From contig CAWJRG010000010.1 of NCBI GenBank assembly GCA_963845185.1, forward strand, positions 544,001 to 608,000: a DNA stretch of 64,000 nt. Direction: 5' to 3'. The stretch is from an uncultured bacterium (GTDB taxonomy: Bacteria; Oederibacteriota; PGYV01; CAWJRG01). The notes beneath the pieces are model-generated. The model saw only the letters and a list, made by a program, of their open reading frames with translations. It did not search any database and had not been told where the DNA came from. Made by a program: the position numbers and the translations under genes. Of the stretch, positions 10,058 to 19,515 are shown piece by piece. The number at the start of each line of letters is the position of its first letter. Position 1 is the first letter of the stretch.

Positions 10058-10619
10058 TTTAATTTTCTCCATTTATCTGCTTGCTAATTATTGAAATCCA
10101 CATTTTCTTATTTTCTTTTATCCAATTTGCCACTTTTTCGCTACAATGCGGACACTCCGATACGTCAATAGGTAATTTTAACAATTTTTCATAATAGTAT
10201 TCTTCTTTTTTATTGTTTTTCAATAAATAGCATAAATTGGCGCAATCGACCGAAATAGCAAAACTATCAGGATGCTTTTGTAGGTAACTTTCAAATTGAT
10301 CTAAGGAATTTTCATATGATCTCTCTGCTTTTTCTGAATTTTCCTCAGATTTTCCATAAATTTTATAAAAAGCATTTATAAGTTCTTTAATTTCATCTTT
10401 ATCCGCAACAAATTGTTGACCATTCCACCTATATTTTTGTTCATGATATATTTGCCAACTTTCAGGTGATTCAATAACACTATCTGCCCGCGTTTTTCAG
10501 CGATAGTGTCCTCAAACTCAAAAAGAATTGACTACTTGTATCAGTTAATTAATTGTACCAAACGTAAGGGTTTGCATAAAGCAAATTTTTATGTATACTT
10601 TCATCGAGGAGAGTGACAA

Positions 10620-10952
10620 ATGACTGACAACCAACAGAATAACGGATTGAAGAAACCAAAGTTAACCCCAGAACAACTTTTTGATATTTATCAGGAATGT
10701 TCCTTACCCAACGCGCCAGTAAAAGCCATCCTGGAACGGTGCGGGCTTAAACCGTGGCATCTTATTGCCTTGCGTAAGAGAATCAAGCAAGCTGCCCTGT
10801 CAGAACTATCGAATCCGGCAAAATCCGGCAGAAAGAAGTCCATGGTTCCCGTAGAAAGCCTTGCTCAAGTGGATAAGGAACTTTCTCAAACAAAGGACGC
10901 GCTGGCTGCTGTCGGGCATGAGCTTGCGTTGTTAAAAAAAAAGATGAGTTGA
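10620..10952 (+). CDS. IS3-family OrfA (HTH)
   Basis: 110 aa; ends just after an A9G tract at 10934-10943; orfB lies in the -1 frame. Confidence 0.7.
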   Translation: MTDNQQNNGLKKPKLTPEQLFDIYQECSLPNAPVKAILERCGLKPWHLIALRKRIKQAALSELSNPAKSGRKKSMVPVESLAQVDKELSQTKDALAAVGHELALLKKKMS

Positions 10953-11950
10953 GTCTCAAGGGTCCTTTGAAGGGGCACTATCCGGCCCAAGTTAGGCAGA
11001 TAGTTGTTATCACTATAAACGAAGCCGTACTATCCGGTTTCACGCAGAAAAGAGCTTGTTTGATCTTTGACATAGACGCCAGAAAATTCAGACGCTGGGC
11101 TAAACTAAAAAAGAGAACGCCAAGAACGGCATGTAACAAACTGTTGCCGTTTGAAAAGACATCGATTATTGACTCTGCCTTTAGACCTGAAAATATAGGC
11201 AAGCCATTGAGCCATATTTACGTATATGGCCATAATTCAGGCGCTTTTCATGCTTCTCTATCGACTGTATACAGGTATCTAAAAGCCGAAGATCTCGTAA
11301 AACCATTCGAACCCAAAAAACGGAAATCTAATCATGTTTCGGCTCACGATCTTTTGGATGCTGGATTTTCCCTTTTGACCTATGACGGTTCATGCTTCAA
11401 AACCGAGTCCGGCGTAACTGTTTGGTCCATACCGGTTCTGCTTCTGCCTTACAGGTATCTGCTGCATATCGGACACAGTTTACGCGGCGTCAGTTCAGCG
11501 GATTTACGGGATGCCGTTGCTCAAGCCATACTTGAACTGCCGGATGACTTTCCTGACAACATAGTGGCTTTTTCAGACCGCGGATCTGCTATGAAAGCCA
11601 AAAAGACTGTTGCCTTCCTGGAAGATGTGCTAAAAATTCCTGTACGCTACGGACGCCCAAACACGCCGGATGACGAACCATGGATTGAGGCCCTGAATAA
11701 AAACTCGAAGTATCACAGGGATGTGCCGGCTGTCTTTCCAACGGTTTCAGATGTACTGGACTGGTTAGAAAAATTTAAACCACTGCATAACAACGATCCT
11801 CATAGCTCGCTACATTATGTTACACCGGCTGAGGCGTTCGCGGGAAAAATGGAGGTGATTTTAAGCCAGAGAAAGAACAACCTGATCACTGCAAACATTA
11901 TAAGGTTGGAGGCTTTCAGGGCTTCCAAGCTTCAAGTAGTGATTGGGTGA
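10949..11950 (+). CDS. IS3-family OrfB, DDE transposase
   Basis: TYDGS / FSDRGSAM / DDEPWIEALNK triad; HSSLHYVTPAE C-terminal motif. Confidence 0.85.
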   Translation: MSLKGPLKGHYPAQVRQIVVITINEAVLSGFTQKRACLIFDIDARKFRRWAKLKKRTPRTACNKLLPFEKTSIIDSAFRPENIGKPLSHIYVYGHNSGAFHASLSTVYRYLKAEDLVKPFEPKKRKSNHVSAHDLLDAGFSLLTYDGSCFKTESGVTVWSIPVLLLPYRYLLHIGHSLRGVSSADLRDAVAQAILELPDDFPDNIVAFSDRGSAMKAKKTVAFLEDVLKIPVRYGRPNTPDDEPWIEALNKNSKYHRDVPAVFPTVSDVLDWLEKFKPLHNNDPHSSLHYVTPAEAFAGKMEVILSQRKNNLITANIIRLEAFRASKLQVVIG

Positions 11951-12586
11951 CGGTTTGAGGTCAATTAAGCTGAAAAACTCCGCTGCAAAGTTAATAACCT
12001 TATATGTGTTTTTCTCTTTGATTATATTTATATGGTCATTTCCAGACCTATCCAATAATATTTGCTTATATTTGCCATTTTTGAATTTGTAAATAGCAAT
12101 AGCATGCCCAGAACCGCCACAGGCAGATTCAACAATCATATCGTTTGAAAGTGATGATGTTAGGTTCCATAAATTTGACATCAAATATGCTATCACAAAG
12201 AGAATCAGTTTGAATTAATTTCCACGAATCATTATCCTTAGAAAATATCGCAATTCCATCTGACGCTCGATCATTTCCGTCTTTTATACATTGTAAAATA
12301 ACAATAAGATTATCGTTTATACCATCAAGTTTTCTTTTGATAATTTTTTGCACAATTAGCGAATCAATTTTATCATTCTCATCTACAGAGATTGACGGAT
12401 GAAATCTTGGTATAAGAGACTTTATACTGATATGTTCATTTTTCTCCAAATCTGCATTCAAGTTGCTTTCTTTGGAGTATAACAAATTCCAATTTAACAA
12501 AAATAAAATAAGATAAAAAATATAGGATTGCTTTTTCATTCTTTTCCCATTAATTTTTCGATTCCATGCAGCATTTTTTCACCACT

Positions 12587-13060
12587 TTATTTATTTAATA
12601 CACAAACCCCAATATTCAGATATGTCGCGAAACTGACCCATAAAATATACGGCATCATCATTATCGAGGCCGGCTTTGATATGCCCCAGAACAGGATTAT
12701 GCATGCAAGTATCGCAACCCAAAGCGCCAATATAATGAATATAGGAGCAAACGTGGTCCTCGCTCCGAAAAACACAACAGACCATAAAGTGTTCAGCACG
12801 AGCTGGGTCACAAATATGCCTGCTGCCATTTTTATTATATCTCCTTCGAAACCTTTTTTAATTATCATAAAAATCGCTATTGCCATCAGCGTGTAAAGCA
12901 GGGTCCAAACCGGGCCGAATACCCAGTTTGGCGGGTTTAACGGCGGCTTGTGCAGGCCCGCATACCATGTAGGTATCGAGGAAGTTGTAAATACTGTCCC
13001 TATGCCGCCTGCCGCGTAACATGCAATAATACAGCCTATAAAAATTAATACATTTTTCAT
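12587..13060 (-). CDS. tspO: TspO/MBR tryptophan-rich sensory protein
   Basis: WYAGLHKPPLNPPNWVFGPVWTLLY, LNTLWSVVFFG, PYILWVSFATYLN. Confidence 0.95.
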   Translation of the reverse strand: MKNVLIFIGCIIACYAAGGIGTVFTTSSIPTWYAGLHKPPLNPPNWVFGPVWTLLYTLMAIAIFMIIKKGFEGDIIKMAAGIFVTQLVLNTLWSVVFFGARTTFAPIFIILALWVAILACIILFWGISKPASIMMMPYILWVSFATYLNIGVCVLNK

Positions 13061-13791
13061 TTTGTCCTCCTTTTTTTCCTTTTGTTTTTTGTTTTCATGC
13101 TCTCAAAAAATTTGCTGTAAACATTATAATGTCCCGTGTCTTTGTATGCAATGCTTTTTATACTCTCAGCATCAAATCCATATATCCGCGCGCCCGGCAT
13201 CGACAAAAGTATCGGCGAGTGCGTGGCAATAATAAATTGCGCGTGCCCTTTCAAATCGTTTTCCTTTAATATATCCAGGAGTTCAAGCTGTGTCTTCGGC
13301 GAGAGCGCGGTTTCAGGCTCATCCAAAAAATAAATGCCTTTCCTGCAGTACCTTGACCTGAAATAAGCCATCAAAGACTGGCCGTGCGACATAGAACGCA
13401 GCGACTTGCCCCCGAAATACCTGAACTGCCCCGGGTCGTCATGCGCCCATTCGTCAAGAAGCCCGGCAAACGTTTCAAATATCTGCGACCCGAAAAAACT
13501 CCCCGGCACTTGCCCGTCTGCCCACTCAAGGCTTATTGCCTGGTCAAGCATTTCTTCGTAAGGGTTCAAGTCGAATTTTACCCTGTTCTTGTCTTCCCAT
13601 ATATGCACCCCGCATGTCCTTGCAAGTGCTTTTAAAAGCGTGGATTTTCCCGTCCCGTTTTCCCCGGCGAAAAGAGTTACATTTGAATCAAAAACAATTT
13701 GTTTTGTTTTATTTAATATTTTTATATTAAACGGATACCTGTCTTTTACCGGAAATTTTTTGTGGTTGATTGTTATTTTTTTCAAATGCAT
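13057..13791 (-). CDS. Stand-alone ABC-like/AAA ATPase
   Basis: GENGTGKST, MSHGQS, FLDEPETALSP, IIATHSPILL. Confidence 0.85.
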   Translation of the reverse strand: MHLKKITINHKKFPVKDRYPFNIKILNKTKQIVFDSNVTLFAGENGTGKSTLLKALARTCGVHIWEDKNRVKFDLNPYEEMLDQAISLEWADGQVPGSFFGSQIFETFAGLLDEWAHDDPGQFRYFGGKSLRSMSHGQSLMAYFRSRYCRKGIYFLDEPETALSPKTQLELLDILKENDLKGHAQFIIATHSPILLSMPGARIYGFDAESIKSIAYKDTGHYNVYSKFFESMKTKNKRKKRRTK

Positions 13792-13874
13792 GCTTTGTTC
13801 CTTTAAAATTTAGTTACATGATTTATTATTTACATTATATGCCTTTCTATGCATATCTGCCTGGCACTTTGGCT

Positions 13875-14736
13875 TCAGACAAGATACTGTGCGAGTTTGT
13901 TGACCCTGTCGTTAAAAAAATCAACACTCCATAATTCCACCGATGGCAGTTCGTGGGGCTTGAGGAAGCGTCTTACGTCGTTCCTTGCTTTTTCCCAGTC
14001 AATTTCAGCCACCTTCTTTCTCAGGTTCTCCACGCACCATGCTTTATCGATTTTTAGATCCTTGTCTTTCCATGGCCCGACCTGGTCGATTGCGGCGGAA
14101 AGCAGCTCAAAATTGATCCCTGCTTTACGGCTCACATACCAGGTGAAATCATACCAGTCCCGGCCTTTCACGTATTCCCTGCATAAAAGAGCGTGGCACT
14201 TACCGGCGAAAAGTGACTCAATATCCTGCACCATGACCTCAAAAACAAAAGGATAATCAAGGTATTTAACCTCGGTTTTTCCTCCCATCGGCGGGTTGGT
14301 ATCAATCTCAGAGCTTGATTTTCACGCTGCGAGTATCCGCTCCGGGCTTAAAATGTTTGAAAGTGATGAGTTTCACGGCTGAATTGTCCTTGATAAACTG
14401 TTTTTGCACTGTCGCATCCGCGTCGCTCCTGTTCCCGAGCGTGAATTTAAAACCATACATTTTCAGTTCCTCGTGCAGGGCGCCTGTGTATTTTTCCAGT
14501 TCAAATTTCTCTCCGGTTTCCGTCAGCACAAAATCGAGGTCCTCTGAAAACCTCTCCATGCCGTAAATGACCCTCAGGCATGTGCCGCCCTGGAATGCGG
14601 CTTTTTTAAAAAACCCGGTGCGGGAAAGTCCGCTCAGCACGATTTCCTGCGCGATTTCCCGGATGGCGTTTTCCTCTTCCTGGGCTGTTTTGCATTCGTA
14701 GGAATCCAGGCGCGACTGGATGATTGAAATATTCAC
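13875..14736 (-). pseudogene. abiEii: AbiEii-type nucleotidyltransferase toxin, split by a 1-nt frameshift
   Basis: FQGGTCLR, RFSEDLDF in the first part; KGRDWYD in the second; removing one base at ~14310 restores KIKLEIDTNPP. Confidence 0.8.
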
Positions 14737-15365
14737 GCGATAAGCTCCTTTTTGCTTTTTTCGATAAACACTTTTACCCGGCTGTTCTGCGCCGAGTTAT
14801 AAAGCTCCTCAAGCTCCTTAAAATCTGTATTTTTAAAATTTTCCGGGTCGATTCTCAGGTCCTCAACCGCTGGTTTCAGGCCTTTCCATGTTTTCCTGTA
14901 TGCGTAAATGTAGTCTGCAAGCGCGCGCCAGGGCGAAGCCATAAGGAACACTCCGCTTTCATTCTCCACCCTGTCCACACCCGCGAAAAAATTTCTGAAT
15001 TTAACCGGGGTGTAACTAAAAACTCCGACAGGTGTTTTAATTTCTTTGCAGCGTTTAGCAACCGCGCTTGTGACTGTATGCACAGCCTCAGAGATCCATC
15101 CGTGATAAGACAGCGCGGATTCAAAGCTGATATAGGAAGGCCCGTAAAGCATTTGTGCTGCCTGGAAAAGATTTAGGCCCTTTTTACGGTTGTTGTCTCC
15201 GAGAGCATACAGCCCTTTTTTAAGCCGGATAATTTCACCCTGTTTCATCCAGCGTTTTACAAGGCTGTAACGGCTGTCCTCTGTGCCGCTGAGATAATTT
15301 TTTAAAAACGTATCGGTAAAAACATCTCCCGGCACTTTTTCTTTTAATTCATCAATACTATGCAT
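14733..15365 (-). CDS. abiEi: AbiEi-type antitoxin / transcriptional regulator
   Basis: IIRLKKGLY, PSYISFESALSYHGWI, ASPWRALADY; stop overlaps the toxin start. Confidence 0.8.
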   Translation of the reverse strand: MHSIDELKEKVPGDVFTDTFLKNYLSGTEDSRYSLVKRWMKQGEIIRLKKGLYALGDNNRKKGLNLFQAAQMLYGPSYISFESALSYHGWISEAVHTVTSAVAKRCKEIKTPVGVFSYTPVKFRNFFAGVDRVENESGVFLMASPWRALADYIYAYRKTWKGLKPAVEDLRIDPENFKNTDFKELEELYNSAQNSRVKVFIEKSKKELIA

Positions 15366-15456
15366 TGATTTTCCACCCATGTTTATTATGTAACATACTG
15401 TCATTTCTACTAATATATAGCATATTAATCAAAATTTTTCAAGTATTTTTTGTAAG

Positions 15457-15479
15457 AAACTGTCAAATAATGACAGTTT
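15457..15479. promoter_or_regulatory. Inverted repeat, candidate AbiEi operator
   Basis: AAACTGTCA-AATAA-TGACAGTTT upstream of abiEi. Confidence 0.55.
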
Positions 15480-15539
15480 TATACATAAAATAATAGATAA
15501 ATTAGTCCATTATCCCCGAATTTGTAGAGAGGCGGCTTG

Positions 15540-17153
15540 GAGTCTGTCTCAAAACTCTTTTAAACGCCTTGCATTGCCTACACTTATCGCGTTTTTTAGC
15601 CCCTATCTTTATTATTTCTCTTCTTTTCGATTTGTGGTTCTTTTCTTGTCAGGTTGCGAACCTTAATTTAACCTTACCTTCCCTCCACAAGGCATACATT
15701 GTCTTTATGTTATGGGCGGCGCATATAAAAGACCATTGTGTTTTTACGCTTTCGATTCCTCTAACACTAAATCTTGTAAAACCAAGTACGTTTTTTATAC
15801 GTCCCAATAATGGCTCAACTATTGTTTTTCTCTTTCGAAGCTGTTCTTTCCAGTTATTGACCCTAGCTTCTTCTCTGTATATTGACACTATCTCCTCATA
15901 CTCATGCTTATTTGCTTCTATTATCCTTCCGGATTTTACCTTGCTGCATTCGTATTTATAAATACAATCCCTATGATCCCCGCATCGGTATATCATTGTC
16001 TCTTTTCCGTTTTTCTTCTTCCTTATACTGGTATATTCAAGCCTGCCATTTTTAGGACATACATATTCGTTTTTTTCTTTGTCGTATTTAAAATGCGCTT
16101 TGCCATACGGCCTATCGCTGTCATCCTCCGGCAAGTTAACAATTATATTCCTTTTTTCTTCTTTGGCTTTTGCCAGTTCTTCCGGTGAATAATACCCTCC
16201 ATCCGCAAGCGTTACTCCTGATTTTTGTCCGGTATTCGACTCTGCTTTTTCTATCATATCATTCAGCATGTGAGCATCCGATTCCTTGTTTGTCACATTC
16301 TCTGCCACAATTATCTGTTTCTTTGCGTCCACAACAACCTGTGAGTTATATGCCTGTTGCAGTCCTTTACCTCTTGTCATCATGAACCGGCTGTCTCTAT
16401 CTGTGGGGTTTTCAGTTGTTTTTCCTTCACTTTTCATACGTTCTATATGTTCTCTTATTACCTGACGCAGTTTCTCCTTTTCCTGCAATTCTTTTGGCAT
16501 TCCGCACTTACTTTTGCCCTCTTCATCGTCTTGTTCGTCATTTTTCTCAATTTCCACCATTATTTTGTCTATTTCTCTGTCTAATTCTTGTATTTTTTTA
16601 TTCATGTCTTTTATTGTTTTGGTCTTTTCCTTATTTACATCTGCCTGTATTTTTGTGCCGTCCACGGCTTGAATTTCAAAACCAACCAAATTGTTGTTTG
16701 TTGCCACACGCACCGTCTCCTTCAGTAAAACCCTTATCTGCTCTTTATTTCCTTTAAAAAATCTCCATAGCGTATTATGGTCGGGATGATTATTCCCGGT
16801 TATCCATATCATCCCCATTGAATCGTAAGTCATTTTTTCAACTTTTCTGCTGCTCTTTTTTCCTTCCAGTATGCCGTACATCCATGCCCCAAGTAAAAGA
16901 TCTACAAAATATCCCGGTCTTCCGGTTTCTTCTTCCATTTTAAAACCCATCTCTTCAAGCGGTAATTCTTCTACGAATTCTACGACAAATCGAGCTAAAT
17001 GATCTTTTGAAACCCAATCTTCTATTGCCGGTGGCAGTAGATACATTTGATTTCTATCGGCTCTTATCGTTGGCATTTGGTTTCTCCTTCGCTAAATTTT
17101 GAAACCATTATACCATTTATGTCAAAGAATTAAGAGGCTTTTGAGACAGACTC
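15540..17153 (-). mobile_element. IS1182-family IS, copy 1 (1614 bp)
   Basis: TIR GAGTCTGTCTCAAAA / TTTTGAGACAGACTC; TSD CTTG (15536-15539, 17154-17157); flanks rejoin to GTAGAGAGGCGGCTTGCCCCTTCTCTAC. Confidence 0.95.
15649..17076 (-). CDS. IS1182-family DDE transposase
   Basis: LLPPAIEDWV..DHLARFV, PDHNTLWRF, AVDGTKI, LADGGYYS, YVCP, RKTIVEP motifs. Confidence 0.95.
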   Translation of the reverse strand: MPTIRADRNQMYLLPPAIEDWVSKDHLARFVVEFVEELPLEEMGFKMEEETGRPGYFVDLLLGAWMYGILEGKKSSRKVEKMTYDSMGMIWITGNNHPDHNTLWRFFKGNKEQIRVLLKETVRVATNNNLVGFEIQAVDGTKIQADVNKEKTKTIKDMNKKIQELDREIDKIMVEIEKNDEQDDEEGKSKCGMPKELQEKEKLRQVIREHIERMKSEGKTTENPTDRDSRFMMTRGKGLQQAYNSQVVVDAKKQIIVAENVTNKESDAHMLNDMIEKAESNTGQKSGVTLADGGYYSPEELAKAKEEKRNIIVNLPEDDSDRPYGKAHFKYDKEKNEYVCPKNGRLEYTSIRKKKNGKETMIYRCGDHRDCIYKYECSKVKSGRIIEANKHEYEEIVSIYREEARVNNWKEQLRKRKTIVEPLLGRIKNVLGFTRFSVRGIESVKTQWSFICAAHNIKTMYALWREGKVKLRFAT

Positions 17154-17220
17154 CTTGCCCCTTCTCTACAAGAGCGAAATAAAAAAAATCTCCATGCCTT
17201 TCCCTATTCCCTATTCCCGT

Positions 17221-18405
17221 TCATACGCCTTCCCAGGCGTACCTGTATATCTTCATAAGTTTTTCTTTTTCATCCTTATTTCCTTCCATATTTGCCATGC
17301 TCAAATATTTGTCAGCGAATTTTTCGAGCATTTTTTCTTCCACTCCCAAATCCTGCAAATTATCCTTTAAATTAATATCGAGTATAAAATCCTTGAAACC
17401 CACTATGCAGGTTGTTATATACATGCTGTCGTCAACCTTTTCGCATATACCAAAAATCCTTTTTGAAAGCTGTATCACCTTGTCCGGCTTTGTCTCGCCG
17501 AGGTATTTCAGGTAAGCCGGCAGGAGCGCTGCTATACCCGAACCGTGAGCTATATTGTCAAAGTAGCCCGTTATCGCGTGCTCCATCGGGTGCACAACCC
17601 ACGCGCCTGCCCTGCCTGCGTTCGGCAGTCCCATGAGCGCGACCGAGCTTGCGAGCGCAATGTTTGTCCTTGCCTGACTGTCAAACGGGTTCTCAAGTAC
17701 TTTGTACACGTTTTCCATGCAGGTCATTATAATTCCTTCTGTTATCCTGTCCTGCAAATCGCAGTCTGTATCGCCTGTAAAATATTCCTCAAGCACATGC
17801 ATTATTATGTCTATGACGCCTTCTGCCGTAGGTTTCGGCGGTATTGTAAGGGTAAGTTCCGGGTCAAATATGGAAATCTTCGGAAAAAGTTTATCCGGGT
17901 TGTAAATGCCTGCTTTCTCGTTTGTTTTCATGTTTGTAAAAACAGCCGCAGGGTTGCCCTCTGAGCCGCTTGCCGGCAGGGTCGGTATCATAATAATCGG
18001 CAATGCATTACCTATCTGCTTTGCTGTTTTTGAGCCGACAGACATATAATCCCATACCGATCCTCCGCTGCCTGCCACAATGGACGCTCCCTTTGCAGCG
18101 TCCATTGCAGAGCCGCCGCCAAGCCCGATTATGATATCGCAGTTTTCTTTGCTTGCCAGCCCGCCTGCAGCGTCGATCTCCGTGACTTTCGGGTTTGGAG
18201 TAATGTCCGAATAAATCACGAATTTTATACCAGCGGCATCAAGCGATTTTGTCACTTTGTCAAGCGTGCCGGTTTTTTTTACCGAGCTTTTGCCTGTAAT
18301 AATCAGGGCTTTTTTTCCAATGCTTTTAGCTTCTACGCCTGCCCTAGATACTTCTCCAGGCCCGAAAATAAATTTTACCGGGTTATTTAGCGTTATTGTT
18401 CTCAT
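17221..18405 (-). CDS. Iron-containing alcohol dehydrogenase
   Basis: GLGGGSAMDAAK, IPTLPASGSE, HPMEH, IAHG; start trimmed to the ATG with GGAGG RBS. Confidence 0.9.
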   Translation of the reverse strand: MRTITLNNPVKFIFGPGEVSRAGVEAKSIGKKALIITGKSSVKKTGTLDKVTKSLDAAGIKFVIYSDITPNPKVTEIDAAGGLASKENCDIIIGLGGGSAMDAAKGASIVAGSGGSVWDYMSVGSKTAKQIGNALPIIMIPTLPASGSEGNPAAVFTNMKTNEKAGIYNPDKLFPKISIFDPELTLTIPPKPTAEGVIDIIMHVLEEYFTGDTDCDLQDRITEGIIMTCMENVYKVLENPFDSQARTNIALASSVALMGLPNAGRAGAWVVHPMEHAITGYFDNIAHGSGIAALLPAYLKYLGETKPDKVIQLSKRIFGICEKVDDSMYITTCIVGFKDFILDINLKDNLQDLGVEEKMLEKFADKYLSMANMEGNKDEKEKLMKIYRYAWEGV

Positions 18406-18441
18406 TTTTTCCTCCAAGAAAGAGTTTATTTTTTTTCTACA

Positions 18442-18512
18442 GTAGGGGTAATTCACGAATTACCCCGCATTTGTTCTTCATTCGTTTTGGGCGATTCGTG
18501 AATCGCCCCTAC
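18442..18512. repeat. GTAG REP doublet (REPIN-like)
   Basis: GTAGGGGTAATTCACGAATTACCCC plus inverted partner GGGCGATTCGTGAATCGCCCCTAC. Confidence 0.85.
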
Positions 18513-18515
18513 TCT

Positions 18516-18554
18516 TACCCGCTCAAGCCCGAGGCTTTAGCCCGACGAGCGGTA
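18516..18554. repeat. 39-bp TACCCRCTCAAG...AGCGGTA element
   Basis: Similar element of the same length at 29246-29284. Confidence 0.55.
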
Positions 18555-18602
18555 TTAGCATTTTTATTTTACCATAAAAACCGATTTTAAAAACGATATT
18601 AC

Positions 18603-18630
18603 TTGACTTTACCGTTTTATCATATATAAT
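18603..18630 (+). promoter_or_regulatory. Sigma70-type promoter
   Basis: TTGACT-16 nt-TATAAT, followed by AAGGAGG RBS of the lipoprotein gene. Confidence 0.55.
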
Positions 18631-18660
18631 TGTTATATATTTAATTCAAGGAGGAATCCC

Positions 18661-19464
18661 ATGAAAAGAACAGTGATTTTAATTTTTTCAGCCATTCTTG
18701 TTATTTCCCTTATTTTCAGCTGCAGTTCAAACAAAATCAGCCCAACTTCTCCTATCCAGCAGGTTTCAGCGATGAAGAATGGCTGCCAGCAAACGCCGAC
18801 ACTCACTCCAATAGGGCCTGAACCAATAGGGCCTGAGCACCCGTACCCATATGTACCAACAGCAACTGCGACAGCTATACATGTTTGCCCCGGATCAAAT
18901 ACCAATAATGCCTGTAGTTCAAATCAAGGAAATAAATGCGGCTGGGAAAAACACGATAAATTTACCAAAATGTGCCACATACCGTGCTCTGGCGAGCATG
19001 CCGAGGAGTTGAAATGCCTTGATGTGAACATTGTTATGGAAAATCCATATTTCTATACATCCGACAATTATCCGGGGTATTATATAGGCGACCCGATTAA
19101 TTTCGAAGTGCAAATAACAAATAATGGTAAAAAGGACTTTAAAAATCTTGAAGTCATAACAGTTCAGGAATATCATGATTCAGGAATATGCGACAGATGG
19201 TGGGATCCAAATCCTGAGTTTGTTACTATCACTGCAGGCGAGGCTTTGCCGGGTGACCCAACCACAATATGGAAAGATGTTACATTAAAACCAGGCCAGG
19301 AACTTGTGCTTGACGGCACTTATACCCCGCCTATATCCACATGCTCCGGTCTTGACCAGGTAAGCATTGCGATAAAACACGTTAGCGAATGCTCGCACAG
19401 GATGACAACCATATATTATAACCCGGATGCTACGATTTATTGCCCGCCTCCTCCGGCGAAGTGA
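18661..19464 (+). CDS. Cys-rich hypothetical lipoprotein, possible Ig-like C-terminal domain
   Basis: Signal peptide with LIFSC lipobox; P/T-rich linker; FEVQITNNG and TLKPGQELVL beta-sandwich-like motifs. Confidence 0.7.
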   Translation: MKRTVILIFSAILVISLIFSCSSNKISPTSPIQQVSAMKNGCQQTPTLTPIGPEPIGPEHPYPYVPTATATAIHVCPGSNTNNACSSNQGNKCGWEKHDKFTKMCHIPCSGEHAEELKCLDVNIVMENPYFYTSDNYPGYYIGDPINFEVQITNNGKKDFKNLEVITVQEYHDSGICDRWWDPNPEFVTITAGEALPGDPTTIWKDVTLKPGQELVLDGTYTPPISTCSGLDQVSIAIKHVSECSHRMTTIYYNPDATIYCPPPPAK

Positions 19465-19515
19465 TAAGCCGGTATATTTACCAGTCTTTTTAATATTTAA
19501 CCGCCAAAAGAGTTA

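Larger units (their letters stand above)
10483..11987 (+). mobile_element. IS3-family insertion sequence
   Basis: Imperfect IRs (GTTTTTCAGC-N8-CCTCAAAC at both ends), orfA plus orfB; left end uncertain by ~2 bp; no target duplication seen. Confidence 0.8.
10059..12539 (-). pseudogene. AT-rich secreted hypothetical protein, IS3-interrupted and frameshifted
   Basis: Signal-peptide ORF from 12539, frameshift near 12140, reads to ...YKVINF at the IS; resumes after the IS as SVIESPESWQIYHEQKYRWNGQQF...; second break near 10210. Confidence 0.6.

Noticed and set aside
11861..12196. 111-aa ORF as an independent gene
   Set aside because: It is the frameshifted middle of the pseudogene running into the IS3 end.
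14308..14310. TGA in abiEii as selenocysteine or readthrough
   Set aside because: The downstream homology is in a different frame and another TGA follows in-frame; this is a frameshift.
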